From assembly GCF_006345805.1 (NCBI RefSeq), contig NC_043003.1, positions 84,878,001 to 84,942,000 of the forward strand: a DNA stretch of 64,000 bases. Reading direction: 5' to 3'. Below, one piece after another: positions 36,237 to 51,903 of the stretch. This stretch comes from Octopus sinensis. Lineage: Eukaryota. The position numbers were made by a program, and so were the translations under genes. Position 1 is the stretch's first letter, and every line of letters starts with the position of its first letter. Below the pieces are notes generated by a model. It did not search any database. It had not been told where the DNA came from and was given only the letters and a program-made list of their open reading frames with translations.

Positions 36237-39200
36237 ATAAAATGCCAAAGTGCTCAATACGCATTTGTAGCAAGTCATCTACCTTGTCCAGTCGCGACCC
36301 TTTAAACTAAAGGCGAATATCTATTTGATAAACGTAAACCGACTTGAAGCCAGAAGGCGATGTTTCAGCATAATCGCAGTCCAAAACTGAAACAAGTAAA
36401 AATATGTATAAGTGCACAATACAGAAGATTGGATAAGGAAATAGTTGAGGTAAGGTAGAGAAAAGGCAGTGCATTAAAGAGAGATTTAAAGAAAAGAGCA
36501 AGGAATTTTAGGGAACCAATTTAGAAATACATTAAAGAAAGATCTAGGCATACATCATTTCGAATTAGAAGGAAAATCCTTCATTGCTACTAAATGCACC
36601 TTATTCTTATAATCGTGGTACCAAGTATAGAGATTAATAGCTTCACATAAGATCTGGGGTGTAAGTCGATACAACTGACCAAAAATTGGTCCACAGGAAA
36701 ATTTGAAGTATAGAGATGCTGGATCATGTATTTGAAGAATCCCCAGGTGCTATTTCAAGCATCAAAGAGGTTTTACCAGGTTCGGTCATGCTGTTTTGAT
36801 TATATACTGCACATAGCAATATAGTTATTGTTTAACACCAGATCAGCCATAATCAAACAGCCCTCTGTTCAAAGACATTCAAATCATGACTATTCCATCT
36901 TTCGTTTCTGTATCTTGAAATAAATCATCTAATGAGTGTTCTTCGATTTTTAAGACGGTTGTGTGATGTGGGCAAAATTTGTTCGTTATTTTTAGCAGAT
37001 GTTGAAGAATAACGTACAGCTGTTACTGTTCAGATCCAAGTTAGCCCAGATTGATCAAAAGTCATTCCAGCTATGACCATCCATCATTTCAAAGATTATT
37101 ATATCTAGAACTACATCATTATTCAATGTGTCCTTTGTTAAAACGTTTGGGCAAGGGTCAGAAACATCAGTTTCCTTACTGCTCATTGCAATATTCTCCT
37201 TTTCACTTACCGAACACTTTGAACTCTGCTGTGTTTAAATTCACACTTATGTGCATGTGTATATGCGTACATATGGTCGAACATATATGAAAACATTTAC
37301 TTGATCATTTTAACTATCTACCTTTTTCATTGTCTCCCACTGTTTTTGCTTTGCCTTTCTTACTAATTTATTTTTAGCGACAACCCACCTCCTACTGATA
37401 ATATTATTCCTTTTCATTGTCTATTAATAGTCATCCATCAATATTTATTAACCTTTCTAAAATTCATATTTTCTAAAGTTTCTAAATGTCAGAATTCCCC
37501 TCTTCCTCGCTCCATCACAAACTTTTTCTGAAGTTTTCTTTTATTTTGGTTTAGTCTCCTGAAGAAGTACAATTGCCAAGATTGTTTTCAAGACTCCTGA
37601 GACTGGTGTAAAGAAAGGAAGAGAGCTCTTTATGCCAGAGACCAGTTCTGAATGATTACAACAGGGTGGACTCTGTTAAAGTTACCCCCCAAAGTTTGGC
37701 GAAACGTTTCAAATAGGTGATAGAAAATGCGAAAACTTCTCGATATATTATATAAAAACCATCTAAATGCTGCAACAAACTAAACTAGTTTTCAATAGAA
37801 ATTCCAACAATAACATAGTATGATATAAGGAGCAGTAACACAATATTACAAGGTTTTAGAGTAGGTATAGGAGACGATTCAATCACTACATATATTTTGA
37901 ATTGCTTTATCAAAATTTAATCCAATAAGCCAGGCTCTCTTCTCACAAATAAAAATCAAGCGATAATAGCAATTGCAATCTGTGTTTATCGATGTTAAAT
38001 CTATACACGAAATTGAAACTTATTGCAAATGACGGAATACATACGTGTGAGGTGTGAGAAGTAAGCACTCCTTGACTTGCTAAGCTCAAAAATACCATGG
38101 GGAAAACAACAATAAATATTTATTCATTTGAACAGTTGTATTTAAGTGTCATTTTATATTAACATATATTTAGATATCCTTTAGTTTCGAATATCCGTGT
38201 TTAGTTTATATTTGGTGCTAAGCAAACTGTTCAGTGTTTATGTGGAACATTGTATTATACATACATACATTCATTCATGTATGTATGCATATATATGTGT
38301 GTAGGAATATATGTATGCATATGTATTTACTCTTTACTCTTTACTCTTTTACTCTTTTACTTGTTTCAGTCATTTGACTGCGGCCATGCTGGAGCACCGC
38401 CTTTAGTCGTGCAAATTGACCCCGGGACTTATTCTTTGTAAGCCCAGTACTTATTCTATCGGTCTCTTTTGCCGAACTGCTAAGTAACGGGGACACAAAC
38501 ACACCAGCATCGGTTGTCAAGCAATGCTAGGGGAAAAACACAGACACACAAGCACACAGACACACACATATATATATACATATATACGATGAGTGTCTTT
38601 CAGTTTCCGTTTACCAAATCCACTCACAAGGCTTTGGTCGGCCCGAGGCTATAGTAGAAGACACTTGCCCAAGGTGCCACGCAGTGGGACTGAACCCGGA
38701 ACCATGTGGTTGGTAAACAAGCTACTTACAACGCAGACACTCCTGCGCCTATTTGAGTATGTATATGCGTGTTTTTATGTATAGTGATACATAAAGAGAT
38801 CCAAAACATTAACTGGAAAATTACTCAAAGTGCATATTATGCTTTTCGTTTCATATATTCAGGGCGTTCGGGTTAGCATAAAATACAAATTGACTATTTG
38901 TTTATTTTTTGTTTTATTTTATTTTATATTAAACTCATTTATTCTTTTATTCTTTTACTTGTTTCAGTCATTTGACTGCGACCATGCTGGACCACCGCCT
39001 TTAGTCGAACAAATCAATCCCAGGACTTATTCTTTGTAAATCTAGTACTTATTTTATCAGTGTCTTTTACTGAATCGCTAAATTTCGGGGACGTAAACAC
39101 ACTTTTCGTCTACCAAATCCACTTACAAGCCCTTGGTCAGCCCGAGGTTGACACTTGCCCAAGGTGCCACGCAGTAGGACTGAACCCGAAACCATGCAGT

Positions 39201-40123
39201 TGGGAAACAAGTTTCTTATCACACAGCCTGCGCCTTAATAAATTTTTGGGTTACAGGAGAGTCTTGTCCACATACGCGAAATACATCACTGTCAGATATG
39301 TCTTCGGATGTCAAGTATGTCTTCGGATAGAGAAGTAATCGACACTATCCTCAGAGAATACCAATTATGTACAGGAGTACGCATAAACTAGGACAAGTTG
39401 GTGGGTTTGCAATTACGCAAGTTCATGTTGACCAGTAGCGATTTCCGTTGCTGGGCCGAGGTTCCGGTGAAGGTACTCGGAGTCTGGTCCTGACCAGACC
39501 TCTAGGTGGATAGGAACTTGGATGCGGCTACAAGTAGGGTGGCTAGTCTCATTTAGAGATTGGCTGCGAGGAAACTGTATCTGAAGGCTGAGCTGAAGCA
39601 GTGAATGCGTATATTGCTTCGGTGGTGTACTTCCGTTTGACAGTCGTAGCTTGTCCCAATAAAACTCGAACCAGATTAGAACACTTACTTTTCCGATTCT
39701 TATGGAAGAGTCAAGTTGCAATAGTCATAAAATCAAGCTGTCGTCAGTACTCACTCTGTGGTGGTCTCGGGTTTCTGTTCTTGATGACGTGCCGGCTGTG
39801 CTGAGGTTGATGCACCTGTAGAAATATCTAGATTACGACGCTGAAAACGAGGGCAAACTAGTATGCATTTCTTTTGTGCAAGATGTCTTTCTGTTGCTCG
39901 CCACATTGGTTGAGCTTCAATCATGGGCCAAGCGTAGACCAAGACTGAGCATTTTGCATCTAGAATGATGTTTGGTTCGCGACAACCTGTTCGGGACAAC
40001 CTCTTCAGGCATGGAAGCGCCAGATGCTGAGTGTATCTGAGATGTATGTAGGATGACAAAACCGTCCTTCACTAAATCGCTCAATTGCATTAGCGATTTG
40101 TGAAGATGACGGTAGAGAGGTGC

Positions 40124-40188
<65 letters not shown>

Positions 40189-41229
40189 AAGCAGCAGCAG
40201 CAATAGAAGCAGTAGCAGTAAGGCTAGGAGCTAGTAGATTCGTTCGCACGCCTTACCGGCTTAGCAGTGTTTCGTCCTTTCTTATATCCAGAATTCAAAT
40301 TCCGCTCAGGTCAACCTTGTTTTTCCTCCTTTCGAGGTCGATAAATTAAGTACCAGTCAAGTTCTGGAATCGATGTAATTGACTTAACCCTTCCCAAAAT
40401 TTCTGGTTTTGTGCCAAAATTTAAAACCATTTACTATTATTATTACTAATTTTAGATATTCAATAATTTTAACTAAACTTTTACTGCATCACCTGCTCAA
40501 CAACTTGAAGTATATGCATTTTGGGGTGTTCTTGGTTTTGTTGGAGTTAGGGAAGAACAGACTCTTTCCAGCACATTATTGCATCAATTTGATTTTTTAT
40601 GGGGTTTGGCTTGAATCTTTTGTTGCATTAGTATTTGTATTTTGTGTTTCGTGAGTAATGCGAGTTATGTCCTGTTTGGTATCCGACTTGAAGAGTACAT
40701 GTTTGCTTTATTGGGCATTTACTTTATAGAGAGTGTCTAGTGCTCATGGATTGTCTTGTTTGGGTTGCACTATTGACTTGATAGTGTCATGCGTAGGATG
40801 TTTGCTGTTCCTAACAGTATTATTCCTTTTGATAGCGTCCAGTGTTGAAGGTCCAGGTATGGTGTCTACGTTTTTGATATGTTTTTATCATACCAGATGC
40901 TCTAACTATTACTGGTATTGTTTTTGACTTAATGCTCCAAATATTGAATACTTCAGTTTCGAAATCTTTGTACATTGACAGTTTCTCCACTTCTTTTTGA
41001 GAAAATATTATTATTATTATTCTATGTTTGACTTTTGCTTTATATTTGTACAAGTTGGCTCCAAGTCTCACCCAGAGACCTCAAGAGACAACAGGGTTGG
41101 AAGTTCATGTTGTTGTTATGCCTAGTGTGCCATATATTTGGGGGGGGGGTTGTACTAATGAATGTCTAAAAAAAGGTCTCTTTCGGCAAATTATAAAACT
41201 TGGCACTTGGTTGTTAATTTATCATTGAA

Positions 41230-42748
41230 GACACTCAAGCATCAATCTCAATAGCTGTCCCCAATAGAATAGGTTTTGGGCCTGCTCTACCCTCATGTCA
41301 ATTCCAATTTCTCCGACATATTTCTCGAATCTGGTTGTTAGTGCTCCGAGGGCCCCTAGAACTACTGGAATAACGGTTACTTTCCTCATTGCTCACATTT
41401 TTGTATTTTCCTTTTTTTTAGTAATTTGTATTTCTCTACCTTTTTCAACTCTTTCTCAACTACGCGTGCATCCTCATGTATGGCAATATCTATGATCTTA
41501 GTTTCCTTTTTCCTTTTATCTACCACAACAATTTCTGGTTTCCGAGCATCAGCTGGGGAATCACATTGAACTAAAAATTCCACAAGATCTTATACTTATT
41601 GTTCTCAGTGACACCCTCCAGTTCATGTTCGTACCATTTCCGTGCTCTTCCTAGGCCATACTTTTCACACAGTCTTCAGTGAACAAACTTAGCCAGTTAT
41701 CGTGCAGCCTTTTGAAGTGAATCTGTGCCAGTTTGCTACCTTAACTCTCAAAGTGTGATTGTTTCGTTTTTACTGCCACACATCCTACAAGGGGGCGATT
41801 AACTGTTGTTATTTATTAGGAACTTGCTGTTATTAGTTCTCAGAGCTTGTTCCTGGGTGTTGCATATCAATATCTCAGTTCATCCTTTCAGATCACTTTT
41901 CCTTATCCATCTTCATGTGTTAGTCTTGTCTTAATCTTAGATTTCTCTGAGGTAATGTCTCTACATTCATTTCCAGTTGTTCTTTCTTCCTCATCTAGTT
42001 TCTTAAATAATTTTCAGCGCGTCACATTTTTGGTAGTTATCATGTTGCTATTTCTAGCTGCGGCAAGCAAGGATTTACTCTGCTGTTTGATGCACCGCCC
42101 CAGACTGTTCTCGTTGACAACCTAGATCTTGCACCCTATGAGGCTTCTTCCTCCCTTCTTTCTAGGCACATTAAATCTATCGATATCACATTAAATCTAT
42201 CGATATCCTTGTTCATTGTCATCACTCTTCAAGCTCATACTTCCCATAATTAATTTGGTTCTTAGATATTCTCGCCTAAAGCTTTCCTTTATTTCACTCT
42301 TCCATTCTCCTTGATTTTGTCATACTTCAAAATACCCAGATACTTATATCCTACAATTTCAACATCCTTGATTCTCTCACCGTTGGGTAGTCCTACACCA
42401 TCGGACGACACTACTTTGCTCTTTTTCATGATAAGCACACCACACATTTTAATCCCAAATTCTATCTCGATATCCTGACTGAATATTTGCACTGTTGAAA
42501 TTAGATCATTTATTTCACGTTCGTTCTTTCCAAAAATCTTTAAGTCATCCATATATAACAGGTGATTTAATTTTTCTCCACTTTTCAAGGTGTACTCCGA
42601 TGTCACTTTCCGTAGTATCTGTGTAAGGGTATTATGCAAATCGCAAACAACAATGACGGTAGTCTCTCCCTGAAATATGCCACTTTTAAAGTTAACCTTC
42701 ACTAAAATTTGTCCACATAAGTCTGTATTCCAGTTATTCATTAATCAC
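41230..42748 (-). mobile_element. R4/Dong-like LINE (mirror of 26643-28230)
   Basis: LNHLLYMDDLK ORF at 42289-42741. Confidence 0.9.
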
Positions 42749-43479
42749 CTAATGAAATAAATATAAGAAATAATTGATAATTGGAGCATTGGGCATGATA
42801 AAAAAACCTACGAAGAAAAACGTTGAAGCTATATCTGGACTCTCAATACTACACATTGTACAAAATAGAGCACTGCTAGGAACAGCCTGCATCCTACGCA
42901 AGACACTATCAATTTGATTACACAACCTAAACAAAACAATTCACAAACACAAGACACAGCAAATATCCAATGAAATAAACTGCAACCGATAGGCAATTTA
43001 ACCAACGCACTACACGCACAACATACAATACAGACATTAATGCAACAAAAGATTGCACTACATCCCATAACAAAGGAACTGACGCAATACAATACTTTGA
43101 AGAGTTTGCACACTCCGAACAACAACAACAACAATAACAAAATAGAACATACAATGCTGCACAGCCCAGCATCACAGAAGTGTAGCAGGTGATGCAGTAT
43201 AATTTGCTTGAAACTACCAAATGTTGAACGATGATAATAATAGTAATGGTTTCAAATTTTGGCACAAGGCCAGCAAGTTCGGTGGAGGGGGAAAGTCGAT
43301 TACATCGATCCCATGGTTTAACTGGTACCTATATCATGGACCATGAAAGAATGAAGGGCAAGGTAGACCTCGGCGGAATTTGGACTCTAGACGGACGAAA
43401 TGCAGCTAATCATTTTGCATGGCATACTAACGATTGTAGCAGCTCGCTGCATTAATAACAATGATGATGATGATGATGC

Positions 43480-43510
<31 letters not shown>

Positions 43511-43945
43511 ACTAATAATAATAATAATAATAATGTGTTCCCACTGATAAACTAAGAGATGTAAGTGTTTGGCAACTAAGTTAACGTAAGAACTTGGAAA
43601 TTGAAATACGAAAGAAGCGGCATCTTAAAGCGAGAACTGTTCCTGTTATTGTAGGTGCCCTAGGTATGATACAAAAGGGATGTCAGAAACATCTAGATAA
43701 GATCTCAGAAGAACCATGTCTCAGAGAAATCCATAAGTTTGTACTGACAAGTACTGTCCACATCCTTAGAAAAACCCTACGCATTTAAATGTCTCTGTTG
43801 CATTACCTGAATATGTTTCACTACTTCACCGCCCCACCAAGCTTTCAGTCATACTGTAACATGTAACATCTCTTATCTTTTACTCGCCCCATATTCTTCT
43901 TCTTCTTCTTCTTCTTCTTCTTCTTCTTCTTCTTCTTCTTCTTCT

Positions 43946-43992
<47 letters not shown>

Positions 43993-44002
43993 TTCGTCTT
44001 CT

Positions 44003-44087
<85 letters not shown>

Positions 44088-44333
44088 TTTGTTGTTGTTA
44101 TTAAAATTGGCGAGCTGGCAGAACAGCACGGCGGGAAAATGCTGAACGGCATTTCGTCCGTCCTTACGGTCTGAGTTCAAATTCTGTTGAGGTCAACTTT
44201 GCCTCTCGGGGTTGATAAATTAAGTATCTGTTACGTATTGGGGTCGATCTAATCGACTGCCCCTTCCCCTAAAATTTCAGGCTTTGTGCTTATAGTAGAA
44301 AGTATTATTATTATTATTATTATCATTATTATA

Positions 44334-44386
<53 letters not shown>

Positions 44387-44798
44387 TATGTTTGACTTTT
44401 GCTTTATATTTGTACAAGTTGGCTCCAAGTCTCACCCAGAGACCTCAAGAGACAACAGGTTGGAAGTTCATGTTGTTGTTATGCCTAGTGTGCCATATAT
44501 TTGGGGGTGGAGTTTTTGGTGTTGTTCTAATGAATGTCTAAAAAAAAAATTTTTTTTAAACCGAAAATTATGTTTGTTTTAAACATTGAGATTACATAGA
44601 AAGTATTTTGCGCAGGATATGAGGAGTTCCCATGAGCACTATATGAGTAGCACTAGTAGTAGTATATTATTTAGGAGGAGGGGAGTAGTAGTAGTAGGAG
44701 TAGTAGTAGTAGTAGTAGTTAGTAGTAGTAGTAGTAGTACTAGTAGTAGTAGTAGATAGTTAGTAGCAGTAGTAGTAGTAGTAGGAGGAGGAGGAGAG

Positions 44799-44924
<126 letters not shown>

Positions 44925-45000
44925 AAACATTATTTATTTGTTTGTTTATAACTAATTCTGTATCCCCCGGAAAGTATTTCCTACAGAAGAACTTATGTAA

Positions 45001-45073
45001 CCAATAGCAATAATCTTAGTTATATCAACACTTTGATAACACTGAACATATATATATAAGAAAAAAATTAGTC
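45001..45073 (+). promoter_or_regulatory. Candidate core promoter (CCAAT + TATA-like + TTAGTC)
   Basis: CCAAT at 45001, TATATATAA tract at ~45049-45059, ATG at 45114. Confidence 0.4.
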
Positions 45074-45113
45074 TCCGCTTTATTGTGATCGTTGACTTTC
45101 TTAAGTAAACATC

Positions 45114-45159
45114 ATGAAGACTATATATCTTCTCATCGTCGTTGTGGCCATAGTTTCAG
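45114..45159 (+). CDS. Signal-peptide first coding exon, right copy
   Basis: ATGAAGACT...GTTTCAG|gtgagt; consensus donor in phase 1. Confidence 0.88.
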
Positions 45160-46748
45160 GTGAGTATCGTGTGATATACTATTTTTTTTACTATTTCACT
45201 AAACTAGCACTTTCTATTACAGATATGGATGGATACATACATACATACATACATACATACATACATACATACATACATACATAACATACATACATACATA
45301 CATACATACATACATACATAACATACATACATACATATATTTATATATATAGGGAGAGAGAGAGAAGGAAAAAGAGAGATCGTGTTACCAGTTTAGCATA
45401 TACATGTATCTATATATGTACGTACATACATATATGTTTTTTTTTTCTCTCCTTCTTTCTGTGTTTTTTTTCTCTCTGTGTATCTTTCTGTTGAAGAGCG
45501 TAGGCTCGAAACGTTAAAGACTTGTTTTATTTATATTTCCTGAGCGCCATACTAATACAATTGTTTGTTTGTTTTCCACCTGCCTTCGTCTTTTGTCTAT
45601 TTTCATAAAGCTTCCCGTTACATAAATACATGCATACATACATCATGTATCCTTATCTGCTCACCTGAATTTCTCTCATAGCCACCCATTACTTCGTGGA
45701 CTCCGTCCCTGATAAAAATTTCGGAGTGTAAATTCAAATCATTTGAGTGCTAAGTATTTTCCATATTGAGAATGTATGTACGTATGCATGTATGCATGTA
45801 TGTATGTCTGTCTCTTCTATTTCTGAATTATCATAAATCTTCCATTGGGGAGGTCGCCGGTTTCCAACAAAGATACATGACTCCATCTTTGGGATGTAGT
45901 TAACACAGATAAATTCACATTTGTAACTTGAGAAAAGTTTGCATATTTTTACTCTTCCAGTCACAGGTTGCACTTGTAATGTACGAATTAGCCGGTCGAT
46001 TTCTCTTTCTGAAAATCCCTGTTTATTCAGATTCTCCTAGTGCTCCAATTATTATTGGTATGATTATGAATATAGAGCTAGATGATATATATGTCCATAT
46101 ATATCTTCTTTTCTTTTGATTTTCAGAGAGATATTTATATCTGCAGGGCAGCTGACCTATATGACGGTACATACCTTTGCCCCTTTATCCCAAACAACAA
46201 TATCTGACCTGTTAATGTTTACATTTGACAGAAGTTTTGATGGGAATATTCCACCAGTTTTCCTTAAGTTGTTGTTTGTGAATGTATTCCATAACAGAGG
46301 GATTTTCTAAGTTTATTTCAGGACATTCTTTTTTGCGGATGGCATTGTAAGTTGTTTTAGCAACATCGTGCTGCATAGGGAGGTAGTATCGTGATGACAT
46401 TTTAGGACAGCTGCTAATCACATGCGTGATGTCTTCCACAGAAACATGACATAGCTTACACATACAGTTGATCTTTGGGATTACAAGAGCGTCACTATCT
46501 CTCATGTTCACCAGATACTTTGTGGCAATATCCTGTTCCTGGATTGCAAACGCATAGCCTTCAAAGTGTGATGTGATGTTGAGGAGAGGACTGAACAACA
46601 ACCTTCTGGCATTCTCCTTGTTAAGGAACTGCTTCGCTATGCCGAAGCGCCATTACACCCTCCATAGTGTCCCTTGTTCCAGCCACGCCTACCTTCTCCC
46701 AGGTTTTGTTATATATGTTTGAATGTATGTGTGCGTATATATGTTTGC

Positions 46749-46789
<41 letters not shown>

Positions 46790-49700
46790 TGTGTGTGTGC
46801 TTGTGTGTGTGTGTGCTTGTGTGTGTGTGCTTGTGTGTGTGTGTGCTTGTGTGTGTGTGTGCTTGTGTGTGTGTGTGAGTGTATGTGTGTATATATTGTT
46901 GTATCTAGGAAGAGTCATTATGCTAATACTATTAACACACTCACTGGTTCAATTCCACTAGTTCAATTTATTATTAGTCAATTGGTTGCATATCCAACAA
47001 ACCAATCGATTGTTTGATTGATTTGGTTAAACATTGATACATTGGTTTTGTTTTTGTTTGTCAAAGTTCTTTCGTTGCCGATTGGAACCCTTTCAATATC
47101 TTTCTTCTTAGTCCATTACAGATGCTGTGCTTCTCTGCCTGAGACTTTGGGGTCAAACTATACACAAGCATAGGGTGACCCAAAATTAAGGCAACCAATT
47201 TTTTTTTCAATTTTGTCAAAGTAAAATATTGTTGTATTTCGCATCTAGCATTGCAGTACAATCATAAAGGAAACACAATTATGACAATACCACATTTATT
47301 CGATATGATCACCTCTGTTTCGAATCACGGCCTTAAATCGAAGTGCAAATGGTTCACATATGGTAAGCAGCTGTTCTTGCAGAATCGAAATCCATTCCTA
47401 GCGCAGTGTCGAGCATGAGCCAGACAGAAAAATCCAACGGATTGAGATCGGGGCTTTTTGAGGGCCATACATCCTTGCCTATGAACGACGGAATATTGTT
47501 GTGTCTGTTTGAAGCTGTGGGATGGTGCCGAGTCCTATTGGAGGCGCCAAGGTGCGTCTTGAAAGTGTACATTCACCCATGGAAGCTGTTCAGCTTCCAG
47601 AATATCCCCAATGAATCGCTAGTTGGTAATTTTAACCCACGATGGCACAAAAAACGAAGGAAGACCTTTTAGTGGCTGTCACAGTCGCCCAAACCATAAC
47701 TAACTTGATTTTGACGTCGATTTACGAGCCAGATAGATACACTCCAAAGTTCGACGGAACCAGATACACTCCAAAGTGTGAATTTATATAGTCTGAAACA
47801 CAAAGAAAACACACGAAGCTTTTATAATGATGTATAATTTTCATATCGTATCACATTTAAAGATAGCTATTGAAGCCTGAAACTTCTGTTGCCTTAATTT
47901 CGGAACACTGTATATTCTGCCCCTACCACATCTGAACGGGGAAGATCACCAATCATCATCCAGTACATAGCTAGCTCCATTCACCAAAGTATCAAGGTAA
48001 CTATAGATTGAACTATCTTGGAAATGGATGCGTGGCGCTTAATCATATAATAATATAAATAACATATATATGCATATATACATACATGTACATACTTACA
48101 TATATATGTATATACACATGCATAAGCCGTAAAAAAAAAACGTAAACAACATGAGATAGAATATGAAAAACAAAAACATGGAAAACGAAAGAAACAAATA
48201 GAAAAACAAGACAGGCAACATAAAGAACAATCCCTTCATCAGTTGTTCACTGCTTTTTCTACTTCGCATTCCGAGCATTAGGACAAGATGCGTCTTCGTC
48301 AAAACAGTTGCTCCCGCAAAGCAAATTTAATAAAATTTGGGATTTGCGAAGGGTCAAAATTGGTAACAAAAGCAGGACAGTGAAAACAAACGGTAAGGGC
48401 TGTTAAGCCATAATGAGGTAAAGTGATGAACGTTGGAGAAACAAGCTTTGACAGGTGACAGACAAAAATTCATGCTATCCCTGTAGCTGAACGAGAAGAA
48501 AGAAAGAAATTCGAGTTAGGAGAAGAAAGATGGCCGCTGGTCACGCGTGAGCAACGATAGAGTCAAGGAGGAAGAGTGAGGGAGAGACAGGGGTAGATAG
48601 AGAAAGGTGAAGGAGGAGGAGAAGAATTAGAGAAAGGATGAGAGAGAAAAAAGGAAAGATAAAAAGAATATAGAAAGAGGAAGAGCGAGAGAAATAGAGA
48701 TAGTGATAGAATAATGTTGCATCAGGATTATTAAGATAAAACTTACTTGGAAATAGATGCGTGGCGTTCACTCATATAATATAGATAATATACATATATG
48801 CGTACCCTAACAACAGACTCTCATACCTTAATACTGATCCTTGGTTAGCGACTGAAAAACAGCTAAGCACAGCTCCTCCACCCATAGCTTCAAAATATAT
48901 TGTTCACAGGAATCCAACCTTGTCACACAATATGAAAATTAGTATACTATTCGTAGACTTAGGATAAAGAATAATTTGTTCCCCCTATGCGAACCTTATG
49001 TAACAAAGAGACATGTACAGAACTTCATGCACAACATGCAATTCTCTGAATACAACCAGAAAGATGGGATTCGAATATACAGGGGAGTCAGTTAAGAAAT
49101 TAGATATATGTAATGATACCAGTGGTACCTGTCGTAGATACCGAAATAAAGACTGGAATAGTATACCGAGGATTTGTGACGAAGCAAACAGATTGAACAT
49201 ATTGTAAAAGGCTGATAAGTACAAAGTGTGATGTCTATAGAGGCTACACCTCATGGAGAATTAGCCCGTAGATTTAGGAAGGTTATGAAGGACACCAAAT
49301 TCAACATTAAATCACTCAGAAACTAGGGAGCTGCATCAGATCATATTTATGTAGGGCGTACACCTTCGAGAATACCACATGCACTAATGAAAATTGTGCA
49401 GTATGTAACCTTAACCCCAGTATTAACTATAAAACTAGGAACGTGGTCTACAACATAAGGTGCATGGAAAGAGTTTGTAAGGACAGAAACACGGCATACA
49501 TTGCGGAGACTTCTAGGAGTATAGCGGAGAGACTAAACATGCATTGGAGAGAGTATAACGACAAGACACTGTCATTCATACTCTATCAACATGACAAAGA
49601 CCAACACGGCGGCAACCTGGGCCGAATTGAAGTCCAGACACCCAAAGGACCAATCACTTATACAATTACAAGAATACGTCCTCATAAATGATGCATTACC

Positions 49701-51868
49701 TATACTTAACAGGAAATACACGTAGAAGGTAGGGATACCCCAATGCCACAGATATCACCCATACAGCGTAAATGCATAGGTACATTCGTAAGTAGGCAGT
49801 CAAGTTGGTAATTAGTTTGGTTGGTAGTTAGGTAGGTAGGTAAGTAGGTAGGTAGGTAGGTGTAGGTAGGTGGGCAGGTAAGTAGGTTGGTGGGTAGCAT
49901 GCACACACATCACGCAACAATATCTCAAGCAGAGAAAGGCCGCCTCCGTAACGGACTAAGAAAGTTATTGAAAAGTTTGAAAGTAGCAACGAAAAATCTT
50001 TGACAAACAAAAACAAATCAAGTTCCACAGTTTGTTTCACACTATCTGGGGACCATACTTAGGAGCAGTATTCCAAGCGGCTGAGAACGAAAGTCTTCCA
50101 TAGGTGTAGCAGGGCCTTCCTTTTCCTGGTTCTGAATGTCCTCAGAGTCCAGCCAGTCAGCCACTCGCCTGCACAGTGTTGCCATCTTGGTAATATGCAC
50201 ATAGAATGTTGCATAATTGCTCATGTGAAGCCGCACCGACTCTGACTCTGGGATCGTATTACCTTCTGGCCCAGTGTATTCCGGTATTGGACCGATAGTG
50301 GAGTGCCTGAAATTTCATAGCATTGAATTGCATACTATATTTGTTAGCCCATTTGTAGATTTCATTCAGGTATTTTTGAAGTTTTATGATGTCTTCTGGG
50401 TTCCTTATTACTTGCGATACTTTTGTGCCGTCAGCATAACCGGTCAGATTGGCTGATTGTACGGTGGAGAGTATGTCTGAGAGGGCTACCGTCAATAGTA
50501 GTGTCCCCAGTACAGTTCTCTGTGGGACTAAGCTGCAAATTGGCTACAACTGTCTGACTCCTGACTACAACTGTCTGACTCCTGCTCTTCAGAAAGTCAT
50601 GAAGTCACTCTCCCAGTTTCTCGGCAATACCAAGGATTCGCAGCTTGTGACATATCATCCCATGATCAACCTGGTCGAAGACCTTGGTAAAGTCGAGGTA
50701 TATCACGTCTAGAGCTAACTGGTTTAGCTATTGCTTCAGTATCCAGTCAAAGTGCTGCAGCAACTGTGTGAAACAGCTCCTCCCTGGACGGAAGCCATGT
50801 TACGTGTTTGTGAGAAGGTTGTTTTCTTCTAGGAATGTGATCAGCCTTTTTCTAACAATACGTTCCATTGTCTCGCTAACATGTGAGGACAAAGAGATGG
50901 GACTGTAGTTTTTAGCATCTGCTCTGCTCCCTACCTCATGGACAGGACATATTAAACCCTCTTTGTTCATGTTGGGAAGTTTACCATATGCAAGGAAACT
51001 CTGAAAGAGTATCTGTAGTAGCTTTGCAAGAGCCTTTTTACATGTCTTTAAGAGAACAGACGGGAGTCCATCTGGGCCTGTTGCTGAGTTTGATCTCATC
51101 TCATCAATGGCCGATATTACATACTCTTGTGTTATGTCGATGTAATCAATGGTTGCCTCTTTTCCGAATATATTCATTACATAGAAAACTCCTTCGGCTT
51201 GTTTATTTGCATATTTTCCAGTGGAGGAGTGAAAACACTTCGGAATTGTTTATTTAGTGCTTAACTCATTCTCTGGGTCTGCGGTTAGTGAACCGTTCTT
51301 AGCAAATTGTGGTCCTACCTTATATCGTGCTGAGTCAGACTACTTTGACAACGTGTAGAAGGCTTTAGGATTTCTTTTTATATTTTCGAATGTCCAGATA
51401 TGTCTTTCTTCTCTTTCTTTTTCATGGGAAATTTTGAGTTCATTTTCTATATCGAGGAGTTCCTCTGTCAAGTGAGATTTCACACGGTTATTAAGGTGTT
51501 TGTTTAAATGATTCGAGATCGTTATTCTCCGCCGCAGGTGTATTCTCCTGTTTCGGGGAATGATGTTTTTGTGTGTATTGGTTCCCCTCTCAGGGACATA
51601 TTTAATGCGTATGACTCGCATAATTGACATTAATTTATTGAGTTTCACATCTATGTCATGCATAGAGATGCTTTTAGTCCAGTCTTGCTGGAGTATTTGT
51701 TTTTCAACTTACTTCCAGTCAGCCTTATAGAAATTTAGGCTCGATAGGGTTTGAGCGCCATCTGTGCGGAGTTTATCTTTAGTTAATTCCGGGCCATACA
51801 TTGTCAGTTCTGTCCAGAGGTCCTGGACATTTTTGTGCCTGGTTGGACTGAGTATGATCTGCTTCATA

Positions 51869-51903
<35 letters not shown>

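Noticed and set aside
47112-47996. Possible larger exon 2 interrupted by the Tc1 element (acceptor 47110-47111, donor 47997)
   Set aside because: The frame depends on an ambiguous excision, differs between arms, and ends in phase 0, incompatible with the phase-1 micro-exons. The donor is deleted in the left arm.
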